Sequence record: MK373786.1 | Direction: 5' to 3' (one strand) | Length of the DNA stretch: 64,000 nucleotides | Origin: Escherichia phage vB_EcoM_R5505 | Part shown: one piece after another, positions 58,396 through 64,000 of the stretch | Layout: the number at the start of each line of letters is the position of its first letter | Numbering within the stretch: the first letter of the stretch is position 1 | The notes under the pieces: model-generated | What the model saw: the letters and a program-made list of their open reading frames with translations, nothing else | Database searches by the model: none | What the model was told of the DNA's origin: nothing | Position numbers and translations under genes: made by a program

Positions 58396-59855
58396 CAGAT
58401 ATTGTACTGAATGACTTACCATTCGTTGACGGCCCTCCTGCAGAGGGCCAGAGCCGCATTTCCTGGATTAAAAACGGCGAAGAAATATTAGGAGCTGACA
58501 CACAGTATGGAAGTGAAGGTTCAATGAATAGACCTACAGTTTCTGTACTAAGAAATGTTGAAGTTCTCGATAAAAACATTGGAATACTTAAAACATCTTT
58601 AGAAACCGCAAATAGTGATATTAAAACAATTCAGGGCATCTTAGATGTATCTGGTGATATTGAAGCTTTGGCCCAAATAAGTATCAATAAAAATGATATT
58701 TCTGACCTTAAAACGCTAACCAGTGAACACACAGAAATATTAAATGGAACTAATAATACGGTTGACAGTATTCTTGCCGATATTGGTCCATTTAACTCCG
58801 AGGCCAACTCTGTATACAGAACAATCAGAAATGATTTATTGTGGATAAAGCGTGAACTTGGACAATACACTGGTCAAGATATTAATGGTCTTCCTGTTGT
58901 AGGAAATCCTAGTAGTGGAATGAAGCATCGTATTATTAATAATACTGATGTCATTACTTCACAGGGAATACGTTTAAGCGAATTAGAAACAAAATTTATT
59001 GAATCTGATGTAGGTTCTTTGACTATTGAAGTTGGTAATCTTCGTGAAGAGCTTGGACCGAAACCACCATCATTTTCACAGAACGTTTACAGCCGCTTAA
59101 ATGAAATTGACACTAAACAGACAACAGTTGAGTCTGACATTAGTGCTATTAAGACCTCAATAGGATATCCAGGAAATAATTCGATTATTACTAGTGTTAA
59201 TACAAACACTGATAATATTGCATCTATTAATTTAGAGCTAAATCAAAGTGGAGGTATTAAACAGCGTTTAACCGTTATTGAAACTTCTATTGGCTCAGAC
59301 GATATTCCTTCAAGTATTAAAGGCCAAATCAAAGATAATACAACTTCAATCGAATCTCTAAATGGAATCGTCGGTGAAAACACTTCATCTGGTTTAAGAG
59401 CGAATGTTTCATGGTTAAACCAAATTGTTGGAACTGATTCTAGCGGTGGACAACCTTCTCCTCCTGGGTCTCTTTTAAACCGAGTTTCTACAATTGAAAC
59501 TTCTGTTTCAGGCTTGAATAATGATGTTCAAAACCTACAAGTAGAGATTGGTAATAACAGCACAGGAATTAAAGGGCAAGTTGTAGCGTTAAATACTTTA
59601 GTAAATGGAACTAATCCAAACGGTTCAACTGTTGAAGAACGCGGATTAATCAATTCAATAAAAGCTAACGAAACCAACATTGCATCAGTTACACAAGAAG
59701 TGAATACAGCTAAAGGCAATATATCTTCTTTACAAGGCGATGTTCAAGCTCTCCAAGAAGCCGGTTATATTCCTGAAGCGCCAAGAGATGGGCAAGCTTA
59801 CGTTCGTAAAGACGGCGAATGGGTATTGCTTTCTACCTTTTTATCACCAGCATAA
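58392..59855 (+). CDS. wac: Fibritin (whisker antigen control), 487 aa
   Basis: 487 aa; long heptad-repeat coiled coil; C-terminal foldon [27 protein letters not shown]. Confidence 0.95.
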   Translation: MTDIVLNDLPFVDGPPAEGQSRISWIKNGEEILGADTQYGSEGSMNRPTVSVLRNVEVLDKNIGILKTSLETANSDIKTIQGILDVSGDIEALAQISINKNDISDLKTLTSEHTEILNGTNNTVDSILADIGPFNSEANSVYRTIRNDLLWIKRELGQYTGQDINGLPVVGNPSSGMKHRIINNTDVITSQGIRLSELETKFIESDVGSLTIEVGNLREELGPKPPSFSQNVYSRLNEIDTKQTTVESDISAIKTSIGYPGNNSIITSVNTNTDNIASINLELNQSGGIKQRLTVIETSIGSDDIPSSIKGQIKDNTTSIESLNGIVGENTSSGLRANVSWLNQIVGTDSSGGQPSPPGSLLNRVSTIETSVSGLNNDVQNLQVEIGNNSTGIKGQVVALNTLVNGTNPNGSTVEERGLINSIKANETNIASVTQEVNTAKGNISSLQGDVQALQEAGYIPEAPRDGQAYVRKDGEWVLLSTFLSPA

Positions 59856-59858
59856 CAT

Positions 59859-59884
59859 GGGGCCGCAAGGCCCCAAAGGATTTT
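59859..59884 (+). terminator. Terminator-like hairpin after wac
   Basis: Stem-loop GGGGCC-GCAA-GGCCCC followed by a short T-tract. Confidence 0.5.
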
Positions 59885-59886
59885 AA

Positions 59887-61588
<1,702 letters not shown>

Positions 61589-61629
61589 TAAATATTATAA
61601 ACTAATTAAAGCCCAGATTAGGAGAAATC

Positions 61630-64000
<2,371 letters not shown>

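Overview
This window reads as a contiguous ~64 kb segment of a T4-like (T-even, Tequatrovirus-type) myovirus genome. Identification rests on my reading of the ORF translations and recall of T4 protein families; no database search was run. Positions 1-44105 are almost entirely minus-strand early/middle genes: 46 (partial), 47, a-gt, 55, glutaredoxin-like, nrdG, nrdD, 49, nrdC, a long run of small accessory ORFs, rI, tk, a macro-domain protein, regB, a GrcA/YfiD-like glycyl-radical cofactor, internal-protein genes, denV, e (lysozyme), nudE, an 11-gene tRNA cluster, ipI, 57B, 57A, 1, 3, 2, 4. From 44153 the plus strand carries late structural genes 53, 5, 5.1, 5.4, 6, 7, 8, 9, 10, 11, 12, wac, 13, 14, 15, 16 and the start of 17. 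T4-type early promoters (GTTTAC-N18-TATAAT-like), late promoters (TATAAATA) and hairpin terminators recur on the appropriate strands. The most striking anomaly is a perfect 55-bp tandem duplication inside baseplate gene 10 that splits its reading frame. Other points of interest are a tRNA cluster with Tyr, Asn and His genes beyond the eight I recall for T4, a GrcA-like gene whose 3' half looks host-derived, an intron-less nrdD, and several uncharacterised accessory modules (nucleotidyltransferase-fold protein, four-gene coiled-coil family, PspA-like protein, macro domain). I found no CRISPR array, no rRNA, and no transposase, integrase or homing-endonuclease ORF.
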